64,000 nt of DNA from the human T2T-CHM13v2.0 reference genome, Homo sapiens. The translations under genes were made by a program, and so were the position numbers. The notes beneath the pieces are model-generated. The model was not told where the DNA came from and searched no databases. It saw only the letters and a list, made by a program, of their open reading frames with translations. Within the stretch, counting starts at the first letter, position 1; every line of letters begins with the position of its first letter. Below are positions 1 to 22,444 of this stretch, piece after piece. The stretch lies in assembly GCF_009914755.1 (NCBI RefSeq), contig NC_060943.1. One strand, written 5' to 3'.

Positions 1-39
1 TTATAGGTATGAGCCACCATGCCCAGCCTGTCAACCACT

Positions 40-450
40 TTTAAGCCTACGGTTTCGTAGTGTTAAGTGTTAAGTATATTCCCAGTGCTGCTCAACCAAT
101 CTCCAGAGGATTTTTGTGTTGCAAAACCGAAACTCTATGCAGAGCCAGCACCGACTCCCCATTTACCCTTCTCTTCAGCCCCTGGCAGCCGCCAGTGTAC
201 TTTCTGTTTCTATGGACTTGATGACTCCAGGTACCTTATGTAAGTGGAATCACACACTATTTGTATTTTTGTGACTGGCTTATTTCATTTAGCATAATGT
301 CCTTGATGTTTATCTCTGTTGTATCATGCATCAGAATTTTCTTCCTTCTCAAGGATGAATAACATTCCATTATAGCTATATACCACATTTTGTTTATTCA
401 CTCACCTGTCAGTGGATATCTGGGTTGCTTCCATCTTTTGGCTATTTGCT
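40..450 (-). mobile_element. Old L1 (L1MB/L1MA-type) 3' end fragment in SULT2A1 intron 1
   Basis: Typical antisense L1M 3'UTR wording: 'ccctggcagccgcc...tactttctgtttctatg...gtgactggcttatttcatttagcataatgt...taccacattttgtttattcactc...gggttgcttccatcttttggct'. Confidence 0.8.
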
Positions 451-1039
451 GAAATCCCTCTTATTATGTTCCCATTGCTCTTGGCCTCTCAGGGCCATGC
501 CACTTCCAATGTCTTCAGCCTCAATCCTCACCGCATCCGCAGTGCTCTTACCGCCCTCCACCCACAGCCCCACTCCCAGAGACATATGATCCTCATCTTT
601 CAGCCCCTTGAGATTGCCTGGCTCTTTTGTGGTTCCTGGCCATTGCCCTGATGATTCTCCTATCTGAAAATAGCCCTCCCCCCAAGTAATTTCATACTCA
701 TTCTTTGCATTTCCATTTAAATGCTATTTCTTCTTTCAGGACATCATTGGTCATCCTCAGCCATCCTCCCTCCCACTGCCACCAAACAAACACCTGAATT
801 TGCCTTGGGATTCACTCCTGTGGATTCTCCTAATACCTTAGATTACCCCTCTGAACACTCATCCTACTGTGTAATTTCCTGACTAAATCCTTTTCTCTGA
901 TTGTCAATGGTATTAGGCATTCCTCTCTTCCCCTTAAAGCATTGTACACTGTCTGACATAAAGGAAGAACTCCAATCATGCACTGAATGGACAGGAACAC
1001 AACCACAGCCTTTCTCAGTTCACGATTCTGCCTCCTTAC

Positions 1040-1175
1040 CTGATTTGGGGTAAGTCAATATTATTACATCTTCATCCCTTATCACGAACTCATCACGTAC
1101 TTTTCTTAAGGTTTCGGATCTGAAACCCATAGTAGGGAAAGCTATGCCTTCAAACCATAAGAAATCGTCCGACAT
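1040..1175 (-). CDS. SULT2A1: First coding exon (136 nt) of bile salt/DHEA sulfotransferase
   Basis: Minus strand from ATG at 1175 translates [46 protein letters not shown], which includes the 5'-PSB loop TYPKSG of cytosolic sulfotransferases. It ends at a canonical donor G|GTAAGG (GT at 1039-1038). Downstream exons lie left of the window. Confidence 0.97.
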
Positions 1176-1450
1176 GATGATGACCTCTTCCTGCGTGGTG
1201 TGAGGGTTTCAACTGTAGCCACCGCTGGAGGCTGTGGCAGCTACAGGCAGATCAGCTTTTACAGCAAGGATAAAACGATCTTTAACCTTGTCCCAGCATG
1301 TCACATGTTTGTTGTAAAGTTTACTTGCTGATAAAGAGAGGTATAATGTGACCCATACTCAAAAGATTGAAGATGTTGAGCAATCATGAACTTATCTAGA
1401 GACCATTTTAGGGGTCATCTGAGCTTGCGTTCCTGAGAGTGAACTGCAAG
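1176..1450 (-). promoter_or_regulatory. SULT2A1 5'UTR and proximal promoter with nuclear-receptor elements
   Basis: Immediately upstream of the ATG. The minus strand shows GACAAGGTTA (SF-1/ERR-like, ~1283-1292), a GGGTCA half site (~1349-1354), a DR4-like AGTTCA-tgat-TGCTCA (1377-1392) and GGAACGCAAGCTCA (1420-1433). The TSS cannot be fixed from sequence alone. Confidence 0.7.
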
Positions 1451-2154
1451 ATCGAATAACAAACACGAGGACAAATATTTTTTTTGATAATATGGGTGAA
1501 TTTATTTCTTAAGGTTTGAGTGCAAACTTAAAAACAAGAACAAAGCTTTTCATCAAGCATAAACACAAAATCTAAATAATCCTGCAATCGTGCATTTTAA
1601 CAGAAAGTACAAATATGAATACATTATAATTTGTAACTGCATTTAAAAATTAAAATATGTCTCTCCAAATCCAAAAGACCACACAGTCTTTATCTGTTCT
1701 CATCTTGTTACCTTAGAAACATTTGTCATATGCTCTCAGGAAAATATAGGCAAGAATTACTAATCAGTTATTCACGATCAAAGAAACATTATTCTCCCTG
1801 AGACTTTTTGAATCATTTATCTGTATTTCTGAAGTATCACACAATTATACCTCCACTCTAGAGAAAAAAAGAGTAAGTACAAATATTAGCAGTGTATATA
1901 TTGTAGTAAATTTTTAAAGTACAACTTTAGTTGATGGCTGACGTGTATGTAATAATTGTGAACAATTTAAACGGTATAAAAATGTGAGATGAAAATCTTT
2001 AGACTCAAATACTTGAAAAGTCACTATGAATATGGAAAGATTTGTTTGCATAAACATGTATGTTTTTAGATGGAAAATCAAGAGTTAGTGGCATCTCCCT
2101 GTTTCCTTAATAATATTTGGATTTTCACAAAGAATTGGCAGCACCCAACCTTAA

Positions 2155-2430
<276 letters not shown>

Positions 2431-2805
2431 AATTATGTGTTTCTAAAGGACCTATACAACAGATCAGTTGGCAGTGTTCTAGCTTTAGGGAGATGGGGGT
2501 GGATTGGGGGTGCAAATATCTGAGATAAGATAATGCATGCACTCACACATTTAAAATCACCATTCTAAATGGGAAAAAAAAATCACATATTGGGAAAGTC
2601 CAAGAAACTCATTCTTAAGGGATAAACAGCAGGGCAGGAGCAAAAGCTGAATAGAAGTCTACTTGATAATAATGTTTTTTCACTCTTCAAAGGCAAGTTG
2701 GGAAGAATGAGAATACTCACATACACATAACTTCAGGGAAAACGTGCCTAGAATTTTACCTTGCAAAACACTGAACAGAAATCTTTACAAAAACCTTCAT
2801 TCTTG

Positions 2806-3196
<391 letters not shown>

Positions 3197-3419
3197 TTAT
3201 AAATATTTTAGAGCAAAAAGAATTTATTTTGTTGCAGTGGTGGCCCACATCTGTACAAAACAACCTAAACAAGATATATATGTATATATATATGCATATA
3301 TATAAAATGATTAAGAAAAAGTGCAAAGAATAACAGTATTAAGAATTTTTGCATTTTATAGTAACTGTGGTTCAAGCGTGAATATCTATCAGCGATATAT
3401 AATCCCAGGTTTTACTTTT

Positions 3420-6560
<3,141 letters not shown>

Positions 6561-6831
6561 GTTTACATGCTTTTCTATATGTGTGAGACATTTCATTATA
6601 AAATGAATAGATAAAACCTAAACATGGCTCCACGTGGGCACTGGCAGATTGGCTGGGATGAGCTCCTGAGATCTTATCTCCAGCATCTGGTTTGGGTTCT
6701 TTCCATGTCTGGCAGTAATCTCTGGAGCTGGAAGAATCACTTCAGCTGTGGCCCAGAGTGAGGCCTCTGAGGAGCTGATCTGGGAGAAGATGTCAATGTC
6801 CCCCCAGGGCTGAGATCAGGGCTGTGGATAG

Positions 6832-7598
6832 TGAGAGAGGAGGTAGGAAGAAAGTGGTCAGACAGGCAGTTAGGGTGAGTCCTTGGTAAAACTCCTTCAA
6901 ACGAAGAACAGCCTGAAAATCCAGCTGCAGGCCCCAGATAAGAAAGAGCTCACATCAGCAAAATTTCTTCAAATCAAGAACAGCCTGAATATCAAGCTAC
7001 AGGCCCTAGATAAGAAACAGCCCGCGTCCTTGAATGGAAATGCCTGCTCTGTGAACCTAGATAAACAAATTCCACTCCTTTTTTGGACACATTTTCCTCC
7101 CTTTGATGCATGTTTGTCTCATTTCACATGCTTCCTCTGGATTGATCCTTACCTTTCACCTATTTTACATATACTTATCTTTCTGTGATTGGCCGTGGGC
7201 AAAATCCTCATTTGCATAAAGTGTAACATCACTCCAGCCCCTAATTGGTTGCAGGCCAAGCCTTCACCTCAGCCTCTAATTGGCTCTTTTCATTGTTGTG
7301 TGTCTTTCTGAGTGGCCCACAGACCAGTCAATCACACTCCTCCCACTTCCCAGTCCATAAAACCACTGAACTTAGCCCTGCAGCCAGCAACTCTTTGTCG
7401 GGTCACCTCTCTTTGTTGAGAGCTTTTCTGTCACTTTCGCTTGATAAATCCCACTCTGTCCTACTCAGTCTCCAGTGTCGACGTTTCTTATTCTTCTTGG
7501 TTGTGGGACAAGAACCTGGAGCTTGCTGGTGGTGGGAGTAAAAGAGCTACAACACTCCCTCCCATTCACTGAACATCAGTAGTGAAAAAGCTGCAACA
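6832..7598 (+). mobile_element. ERV1 solo LTR, MER61-like
   Basis: Starts TGAGAGAGGAGGTAGGAAGAAAGTGGTCAGACAGGCAGTTAGGGTG and ends ...AAGCTGCAACA (TG...CA). Contains inverted CCAAT boxes, a CATAAAA TATA-like box and a GATAAA poly(A)-like signal. The subfamily is from recalled consensus. Confidence 0.75.
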
Positions 7599-10218
<2,620 letters not shown>

Positions 10219-10389
10219 CTAATGGAATTGGAAAACTTAGAACATTTGTTCCAGGAAGGAATGTTAGGAAAGGAACAAGTGGTCCTGGCAACATTTTATA
10301 GTACTTAGTTTAGAAATCAATTTTTCAGTATCCTTCAGTTGCAAAATACAGATTGTGAAATTATTAATGTTTTTTTTCTTTACTAGTAC

Positions 10390-11330
10390 CTAACAAACCA
10401 CCCCCAAACTTAGTGGCTTAAAGTAGAGATTTGGCAAACTTTTTTTTGTTTGTTTGTTTTTGGTGGAGGGAGGGAGTGAGGTGGCTCCCTGACCCAAGGT
10501 CTTCCATGGTCCAACCTCCCTCACCGCCATCCCACCTGCAAAGGGAGGGCACAGAACTGTTTTCTGTTCTATGACTCCATAGGGCAGACTTTTTTTTTTT
10601 TTTTTTTTTTTTGAGAAGGGCTAGAGAATGAATATTTTCAGCTTTGAAGGCCATGTTTCTACTACTCTGCCATTACAGCATGAAAACATTATGGACAATA
10701 CATCCATGAATGAGTGTGGCCGTGTGCCAATAAAACTTTGCTTACCAAACAAGGTAGTGGGCCCGATTTGGTTTGTATATGGTAGTTTGCTGACTCCTGG
10801 CTTAAAACACAATTCTGTGGTTCTAGGGCTTTACTGGGCTCAGCTGAGTGGTTCTAATTTGGAGTCTGTCATGATACTGCAGCCAGATAATATCTAGGGC
10901 TGGGATTGTTTGAAGACTTCTTCACTCACACGGCTTGCACCTGGGCTCTGAAGGTTGGAACAGCTTGGGGCTGGTTGGACATCTGTATCTTAAAGATGCC
11001 TCTCATACTCCTATTCCAATTTCTTTTATTCCCCCCATTCCGATTTCTAAAAATAAAAGAAAAAAATTAAAAGATGCCTCTCTGTGTGACTAGCTTGGGC
11101 TTCCTTACAGCATGGCCGTCTCCCAGTGAGGATGCTCCAAGAGACTTAAGGTGATACTTTCAATGTTTCTTAGGATCTGACTTTAGGAGTCACAGGCATC
11201 ACTTCTGCTTTATTCTATTGGTTAAAACCTAGTCATAGGTCCAGTCCTGATTCAAGGGGAAGGAAAGACACAGGGAATAAATACTGGTAGATCGCTCTTT
11301 GGGTACCATCTTTGGGAACAAGCCACCAGT
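10390..11330 (-). mobile_element. MLT1-type (ERVL-MaLR) LTR with a nested MER58A hAT MITE (~10423-10799)
   Basis: MLT1 wording 'taacaaaccacccccaaacttagtggcttaaa...ctgggctcagctg...gggcttccttacagcatggc'. MER58A body 'ggccgtgtgccaataaaacttt...gtagtttgctgactcctg' is flanked by GGCTTAAA-like 8-bp repeats. Confidence 0.7.
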
Positions 11331-12000
11331 TTGATTTTTCAGAGAACTTGCTGACTTCCAGATGCTAATATTCTTGTGGCCCAGTAAAGATCACACAAAC
11401 CCAAATAACATGGCCAGGATGGAAATACATACCTTTATGTGATAACTGTTCATAGCAGAAGGTTTTATACCCTCCCTTTGGTAGACAGTTTACTGGAGAA
11501 ATCTGAAAAGAATGCTATTGATAAAAATTCACTTTGACTGTAAGAATTGTGGTTATTTGATAGGTTTTTGGATGCTCACGTTGAAACAGAGTGGAGAGTT
11601 GATATGTAGGTTGAGAAATAAACATTTAGTCTGGACAATGTGTGTGCATTATGGGAAGATGTGTTAAGCCCTGGCCAGGCCTGCTAGCTTCAGAGAGCTA
11701 GCTCATGGGTCAACTTCAGACTCTGGAAGAAGGACTTTCACCCCACTTTCCATCTGCACGCTATGTCAAGTCAGGGGTCCCTGATATCTGTGGTCCAAGC
11801 TCTACAAATGCGTGTGTTCACTGTACAGCAGGGGAAGTGTGCCTTTGAGTTTCTGCTAAATAGGCTTAATTCCACCTGCCACAAGCTGACAAAGACCTGA
11901 GATCAGGGCTTCATGCTATCTAGTTATCTCCCTGTGTACCTTTGCCCTTTCCGTTTACCTATAAACGGCATGCCTGGGCAACGCACCAGGATCTACTTCC

Positions 12001-12842
<842 letters not shown>

Positions 12843-13133
12843 GGAGCCATTCCTGGACATTGGTCCCGTTTTTATTTTATGATCCAGGGGCTCCATCTGG
12901 ATTTGCAGGAAGAGAGAACAGAAGTTTCACACTGATTCCAGGCCAAAGCCTTGAGCGCTAGCACCCATTGGCAGAGGACTCCTGCATTTGCAGGATATTT
13001 AGGAACGCCCTGGCAACAACAGAAGTGGAACATTCCTCATTTTTCACTGCCCTTCTGACGCTGTGCACGTAATTTTTTTGTAGAAGGAAATAGATCAAAT
13101 TGTAGGAGTTAGGAAGCAAATGCCTGAGGTTGA

Positions 13134-13375
<242 letters not shown>

Positions 13376-13629
13376 TAGTAGAGACGGGGTTTCTGCATGT
13401 CGGTCGGGCTGGTCTCAAACTCCCGACCTCAGGTGATCCACCTGACTCAGGCCTCCCAAAGTGCTGGGATTACAGGCATGAGCCACCTCGCCCAGCCAGG
13501 AAATGGTTTTATTGTGGACTTCTATTTTAGTCCCCCACCCCCAGGAAGTATAATCCCTCTAACTGCCTGGATGGCTCCCATCCTGTTTATAAGACTCCAG
13601 GGAGGGAATCATCAGTCTCGTTTCAATCT

Positions 13630-13711
13630 ATAGATTGGTGCAAAAGTAACTGTGATTTTGGCCATTACTTTCAATGGCAAATCTGCAATTACTTTTGCAC
13701 CAACCTTAATA
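13630..13711. mobile_element. MADE1 MITE (80-bp palindromic Hsmar1 derivative)
   Basis: tagattggtgcaaaagtaactgtgattttggccatt-actttc-aatggcaaatctgcaattacttttgcaccaaccttaata: two long TIRs around a 6-bp spacer. Confidence 0.9.
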
Positions 13712-13932
13712 GGGTTCCTAATTGTTAGGATGTATTGCAAGACACTATAGTGGCATAGCCCAGATGGGGCAAACAGAATATGTATGGTTTGTTTCCTGAC
13801 TCTGAGCAGTCAGCAGTCGATGCACAGAACTCTGCACGCCCCTCCCCCCACAGTGTCTATTCCGGTTCAAGCATGCCTACTGAAACACTAATTTAAGTCC
13901 TTTAATTTCTACCGGTTGACCCTGATGATGTC

Positions 13933-14930
<998 letters not shown>

Positions 14931-15055
14931 CCCCTTATCCTATGCCACAGATTTACTCTTCTGATCCTTTCATTTATTTGATACTCGGTGAATTATACGA
15001 ACACTAACTATGGGCTGGGCCCCATCTTGTCCAATAATTTCCCCTCTGCATATAA

Positions 15056-15579
<524 letters not shown>

Positions 15580-16125
15580 TGACCTCAAATGATCTGCCTG
15601 CCTCGGCCTCCCAAAGTGCTGAGGTTACAGGCGTGAGCCACCGTGCCCAGCCATCTACTCTTAAGTTTGGTTGAAGTTTGTTTATATATTGTTAGGTTAC
15701 AGTTTGCCACATAAGGAGGCAGCTTTAGGCCAAATTTCACTTAATTTAAACAACTGGTTTTCTCAATGCTGCAGTGAGGTGAGGGCAGAAAGGCTTGAGC
15801 GCTTGATGTGTCGGGAGGGAAATATCTTCACTAACATAGAACAACCTGAAATTTCAATGGATCACATCTGAGAAATGAATCTGAGGTTGAGTTGAAATCA
15901 AATATATAAAGTCAGGTAGGAGTGAGGACAAAATGCCAATACTTGATGTTTCATAAATGCTTTCATACATACCAGGGAACTATTATTATCTCTATTTTAG
16001 AGTTAAAAAAGGGGGTGTTCAGAGTGGTTAATCATTTTACGAAGTCATGTAGCTCCTAAGTGGCAGAGCTGGGATTTGATCCCAGGCACTTTCATTCCAA
16101 GTCTGTGTTTGTAATCTGTGACTTA

Positions 16126-16553
16126 TGGTCCCCAAAAGATACGTTCACGTCCCAACCTCTGGAACCTACCAATGTGACCTTATTTGGAAAAAGGGTCTTT
16201 GCAGATGGCATCAAGTGAAGAATCTCAAGATGAGAGTATCATTAATTACCTGGTGGGCCTTAAATCCAATAACAAGTATCCTTATGAGATAAAAAAGAGG
16301 AGAAGACACAGGCACACAGAGTAGAAGGCCACATGAAGTTGGAGGCAGAGACTGGAGTGTTGCAGCCATAAGCCACCGAAGGTCTGCAGCCACCAGGCGC
16401 TGGAAGAGACCAGGAAGGATCCTTCCCCAGAGCCTCCAGAGGGAATGTGGCCTGACCGATACCTTGATTTTGGACTTCTGGCCTCCAGCACTGTGAGAGA
16501 ATAACCCACGATAGTGTGGTGGTTTGCTCTGGCAGGCACAGGAAGCTAATACA
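16126..16553 (+). mobile_element. MLT1B/C-type MaLR LTR
   Basis: 'atggtccccaaaagat...aatgtgaccttatttggaaaaagggtctttgcagatg...ggaggcagagactggagtg...gattttggacttctggcctccag...ggaagctaataca'. Confidence 0.85.
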
Positions 16554-16564
16554 GTGCTCTTTAG

Positions 16565-17085
<521 letters not shown>

Positions 17086-17245
17086 TAATACAGAACCCAG
17101 AACTTCTCTCCCATTCTGTACTCTTCTCTAACCATATAAACAAAAATTAATAAGCCAAACGTTTGTGGTGGGGCATGGTAGCTCACGCCTGTAATCCCAG
17201 CACTTTGGGAGGCCGAGGCGGGTGGATCACGAGGCCAGGAGTTCA

Positions 17246-17875
<630 letters not shown>

Positions 17876-18376
17876 TTACCAAATTTCTAGGGGACTTGTC
17901 TTTAGAATTAGGTAGCGGCTATGTGAATCTTCCAGGGGTAAAGGTCCTCTGCTTCCTGACAGGGATTCTCCCACAATCCCTTCCTGCATGCCACAAACAC
18001 AGCATGTCCCTTTCCCCTCAATCCCTGCACCTTCCAGGCAACATTTAATGCACCTTTTTTTTTTTTTGAGACAGAGTCTCACCCAGGCTGGAGTGCAGTG
18101 GTGCGATCTCGGCTCACTGCAACCTCCGCCTCCTGGGTACAAGTGATTCTTCTGCCTCAGCCTCTTGAGTAGCTGGGACTATAGGCACATGCCACCACGC
18201 CTGGCTAATTTTTCTATTTTTAGTAGAGACGGGGTTTCACCACATTGGCCAGGCTGGTCTACAACTCCTAACCCCATGATCTGCCCACCTTGCCCTCCCA
18301 AAGTGCTGGGATTACAGGCATGAGACACCGCGCCTGGCCTTTTTTTTTTTTTTTTTTCTTTTTTTTTTTTTTTTAG

Positions 18377-18472
<96 letters not shown>

Positions 18473-18947
18473 TGAACAGCTGGGATTACAGGCACCCGTC
18501 CCCATGCCCGGGTAATTTTTGTATATTTAGTAGAGATGGGGTTTCACCATGTTGGCCAGGCTGGTCTCGAACTCCTTACCTCAAGTGATCCATCCGCCTC
18601 AGCCTCCCAAAGTGCTGGGATTACAGGCGTGAGCCAGTGCGCCCGGCTTCTTGAATTAGTTTCTAGGAGAAGCCAAGAACCCCCCCGGGCTAAGCCTCAA
18701 TTTTGGGGCTCGCCTGTGCTGCATCAGCTTCACACCTAGAGAAGAGAGTGAAAGAGAAGGGAGAGCCGTCCTTTTGGGCTGCCTTGAAATAAAGGTTGAC
18801 CCATGGGTTCATGTATTGTCATTCATTCTCATTTTCTCTTCCTCTCTTTCTCTCTCTCCCCTGCCCCTTAAGTTAGCTTTTCTAAACCCTACCTGGATAA
18901 GGATAAGAAATAGAAGGAGGGGACACTTTAGGATGCTACAAAATAAA

Positions 18948-18997
18948 ATACAACAACAACAACAATAACAGCAGCAGCAACAACAAAACAGCAACAA
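18948..18997. repeat. Compound (CAA)n/(CAG)n microsatellite, one per unit
   Basis: caacaacaacaacaataacagcagcagcaacaac... This is the source of the poly-Q and poly-C pseudo-ORFs. Confidence 0.9.
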
Positions 18998-19159
18998 AAG
19001 GGGAAGAAACAAATCTGGCCACTGCACATTCCTCCTTGCCAACAAAAAGCCGTGGATGCAAAAAGCTGCCCTTCACTGCATAGACAGAACAGGGCGCGCT
19101 CGAGCTATGAATCTCGGAAATTACTCAAACCATCAGCCTCTGCAAGAAGCAAAGTGGAC

Positions 19160-19290
19160 GGCCGGGCGCGGTGGCTCACTCCTGGAATCCCAGCACTTTG
19201 GGAGCCCGAGGTGGGCGGATCACGAGGTCAGGAGATCGAGACTGTTCTGGCTAAACCAGTGAAACCCCCTCTCTACTAAAAAAATAAGAA
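19160..19290 (+). mobile_element. Isolated Alu left arm, one per unit
   Basis: GGCCGGGCGCGGTGGCTCAC...GAGATCGAGAC...TCTACTAAAAAAATA with no right arm following. Confidence 0.85.
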
Positions 19291-19561
19291 AAGCGAAGTG
19301 CATCTCCCATAAACGAGGTACTGCAGGAAGAAAGCAGAAAATGAGACCCGAGTACACACATGCACGCGGGCGCGCGCACACACACACCAGAAGAAATGAA
19401 CCAAGAGGAAAGGAAACATTTTCAAATAAGCATTTGGAGATGGGAAAAACACGTTGAAACAGAAATTCATAAAGCACAGAATTTTTTTTTAAGTTAAAAA
19501 AGGAACAATAATAGACAGAAAATGAATGAAAAATTAAATGTCATATCAGAAGTGAAGATAA

Positions 19562-19783
<222 letters not shown>

Positions 19784-19787
19784 TAGA

Positions 19788-21100
19788 GTCATCATGGAAA
19801 TTAAACAACCTGCTTCCAAATGACTTTTGGGTAAAGACTGAAATTAAGGCAGAAATAAAAAAATTATCTGAAACTAATGAAAACAAACATACAACATCCC
19901 AGAATCTCTGGGACACAGCTAGAACAGTGCTCAAAGGAAGTTTCTAGTGCTAAAGGGCTACACTAAGAAGCTAGAAAGATCTCAAATGAACCGCCTAACA
20001 TCACACCTAGAGGAATTAGAAAAACAAGAGCAAATCAACCCCAAAGCTAGCAGAAGAAAAAAAAAAACCAACATCGGAGCTGACCTGAATGAAATGGAGA
20101 CGTAAAAAACCATACAAAAGATCAATGAAACCCAAAGTTGATTTTTTAAAAAAATTATTTATTTATTATTTATTCCATAAATTATTGGGGTACAGGTGGT
20201 GTGTGGTTACATAAGCTCTTTAGTGGTGATTTGTGATTTTGGTGCACCCATCACCTGAGCAGTATACACTACACCCTACTTGTTGTATTTTATCCCTCGC
20301 CCCCGCCAACTCGTCCCCCTAAGTCCCCAAAGTCCATTGTATCATTCTTACGCCTTTGCGTCCTCATAGCTTAGCTCCCACATATCAGTGAGAACATACG
20401 ATGTTTGGTTTTCCATTCCTGAGTTACTTCACTTAGAATAACAGTCTCCGGTCTCATCCAGGTCACGGCAAATGCTGTTAATTCATACAAAGTTGATATT
20501 TTTGAAAGCATAAATAACATGGGAAGACCACTAGCTAGATTAATAAAGAAAAAAAGACAAGATCCAAATAAACACAATCAGAAATGACAAAGGTGACATT
20601 ACCACTGACCCAGAGATATACAAGAAACCCTGAGACTATTCCACATGCCTCTATGCACACAAACTAGAAAACTAGAAGAAATAGAGAAATTCCTGGAAAC
20701 ATAAAACCTCTCAAGATTGAACCAGGAAGAAATGGAAACCCTGAACAAACCAACGATGAGTTCCAAAATTGAGTTAGTCATACAAAACCTACCAACCAGC
20801 ACAAAAAACCTTAGACTAGACGGATTCACAGTCGAATCCTACCAGATGTGTAAAGAAAAGGCGGCACCAATCCTACTGAAATTATTCCACACAATTGAGG
20901 AGGAGCAACTGCTCTCTAACTCATTCTATGAGGTCAGAGTCATTCTGATACCGAAACCTGGCAGAGACACAACGAAAAAAGGAAAATAGGTAAAGTAATA
21001 CATATGTTAATGATCTTGATTTAGCCATTCTACGGTATATACATATTTCAAAACAATATGTACATGATAAATATGTACAATTTGTCAATTAAAAATATAT
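19788..21100 (+). mobile_element. Decayed L1 ORF2 fragment joined to an L1MA-type 3' end, one per unit
   Basis: ORF 20717-20989 ([11 protein letters not shown]...DGFTVE.YQ..KE...[19 protein letters not shown]....[12 protein letters not shown]) is L1 ORF2p-like but short and flanked by stops. L1 3'UTR text at ~20990-21095. Confidence 0.9.
20148..20487 (-). mobile_element. 5'-truncated L1PB-type 3' end inserted antisense into the L1 ORF2 fragment, one per unit
   Basis: L1PB 3'UTR wording with the TSD caaagttgat(a)ttttt at 20133-20147 and 20488-20503. Confidence 0.85.
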
Positions 21101-21185
21101 AAAAGGAATAGGAAAAAATTCAAATGGCACAGAATTTGAAAGGAGAAGATACAGAACAAACTCCGGTGTCTTCTTTATTCAACTA

Positions 21186-21506
<321 letters not shown>

Positions 21507-22444
21507 TTAATGAATGAATGATGAGACTGTTGGTTACATCTCCCACCTTCTCCCTCTCACTCCACTGCAGCCACACGGGGCTCCTCACTGTTCCCGTAGC
21601 AGCAGGCATGTGCCCCCACAGGGCCTCTGTACTGGCTGTTCCCACTGCCCGAACACCCTCATGCACCATCTGCACTGTCCAATACGGCCGCCTCTGGCCA
21701 CACATGGCTACTGAGCAGTTGAACATGGCTGGTCCAAACCAACATTTCCAAGACGTCGTATGGTAAAAAATAACATAAAATCTTGCAAAAATGTTTCTAT
21801 TGATTATGTTAAAATTATGATGTTTTAGGTATATTAGGTTAAATCAGCTATTTTATCCAAATGAATCTCGCCTGTTTGTTTTTGCTTTTTTTTTTTTTTT
21901 TTTTTTTGAGATGGAGGCTCGCTCTGTCGCCCAGGCTAGAGTACAATGGCGTGGTCTCGGCTCACTGCATCACTGCAACCTCTACCTCCCAGGTTCAAGC
22001 GATTCTCCTACCTCACCCTCCCAAGTGGCTGGGATTACAGGCGTGTACCACCACACCCAGCTAATTTTTGTATTTTTAGTAGAGACAGGGTTTCACCATG
22101 TTGGCCAGGCTGGTCTCGAACTGCTGACCTCGTGATCTACCTGCCTCGGCCTCCCAAAGTCCTGGGATTACAGGTGTGGGCCACTGCGCCGGCCATGTTT
22201 CTCGACTTCTGCTGGCAAGCATGTTCCAGTATTTGCATGGCTCCTAGCCCTCATCTCCATTTCTCTGCACAGATGTTACCTTCCCCATGAGGTCTGCCTT
22301 ATACATGAGGCCTGTATTATAAACTGCAACTCCGCATTCCCCAACCCCGTTGTTTCTTCTCTCCAGAACACTAGGCACCATCTGATCTCCTATGCCTTTT
22401 CCTTATTGTCAGATACTGAACTCTCAGATACAGTTCCCCTTCCT

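Noticed and set aside
18774-19045. Recurrent poly-Q and poly-Cys ORFs in each unit
   Set aside because: They arise from the CAA/CAG microsatellite, start at non-ATG or weak starts, and frames change between units.
20717-20989. 90-aa L1 ORF2-like ORF as a repeated gene
   Set aside because: It is a fragment of a decayed L1 with an internal insertion, and it is frameshifted in unit 5 (~42265).
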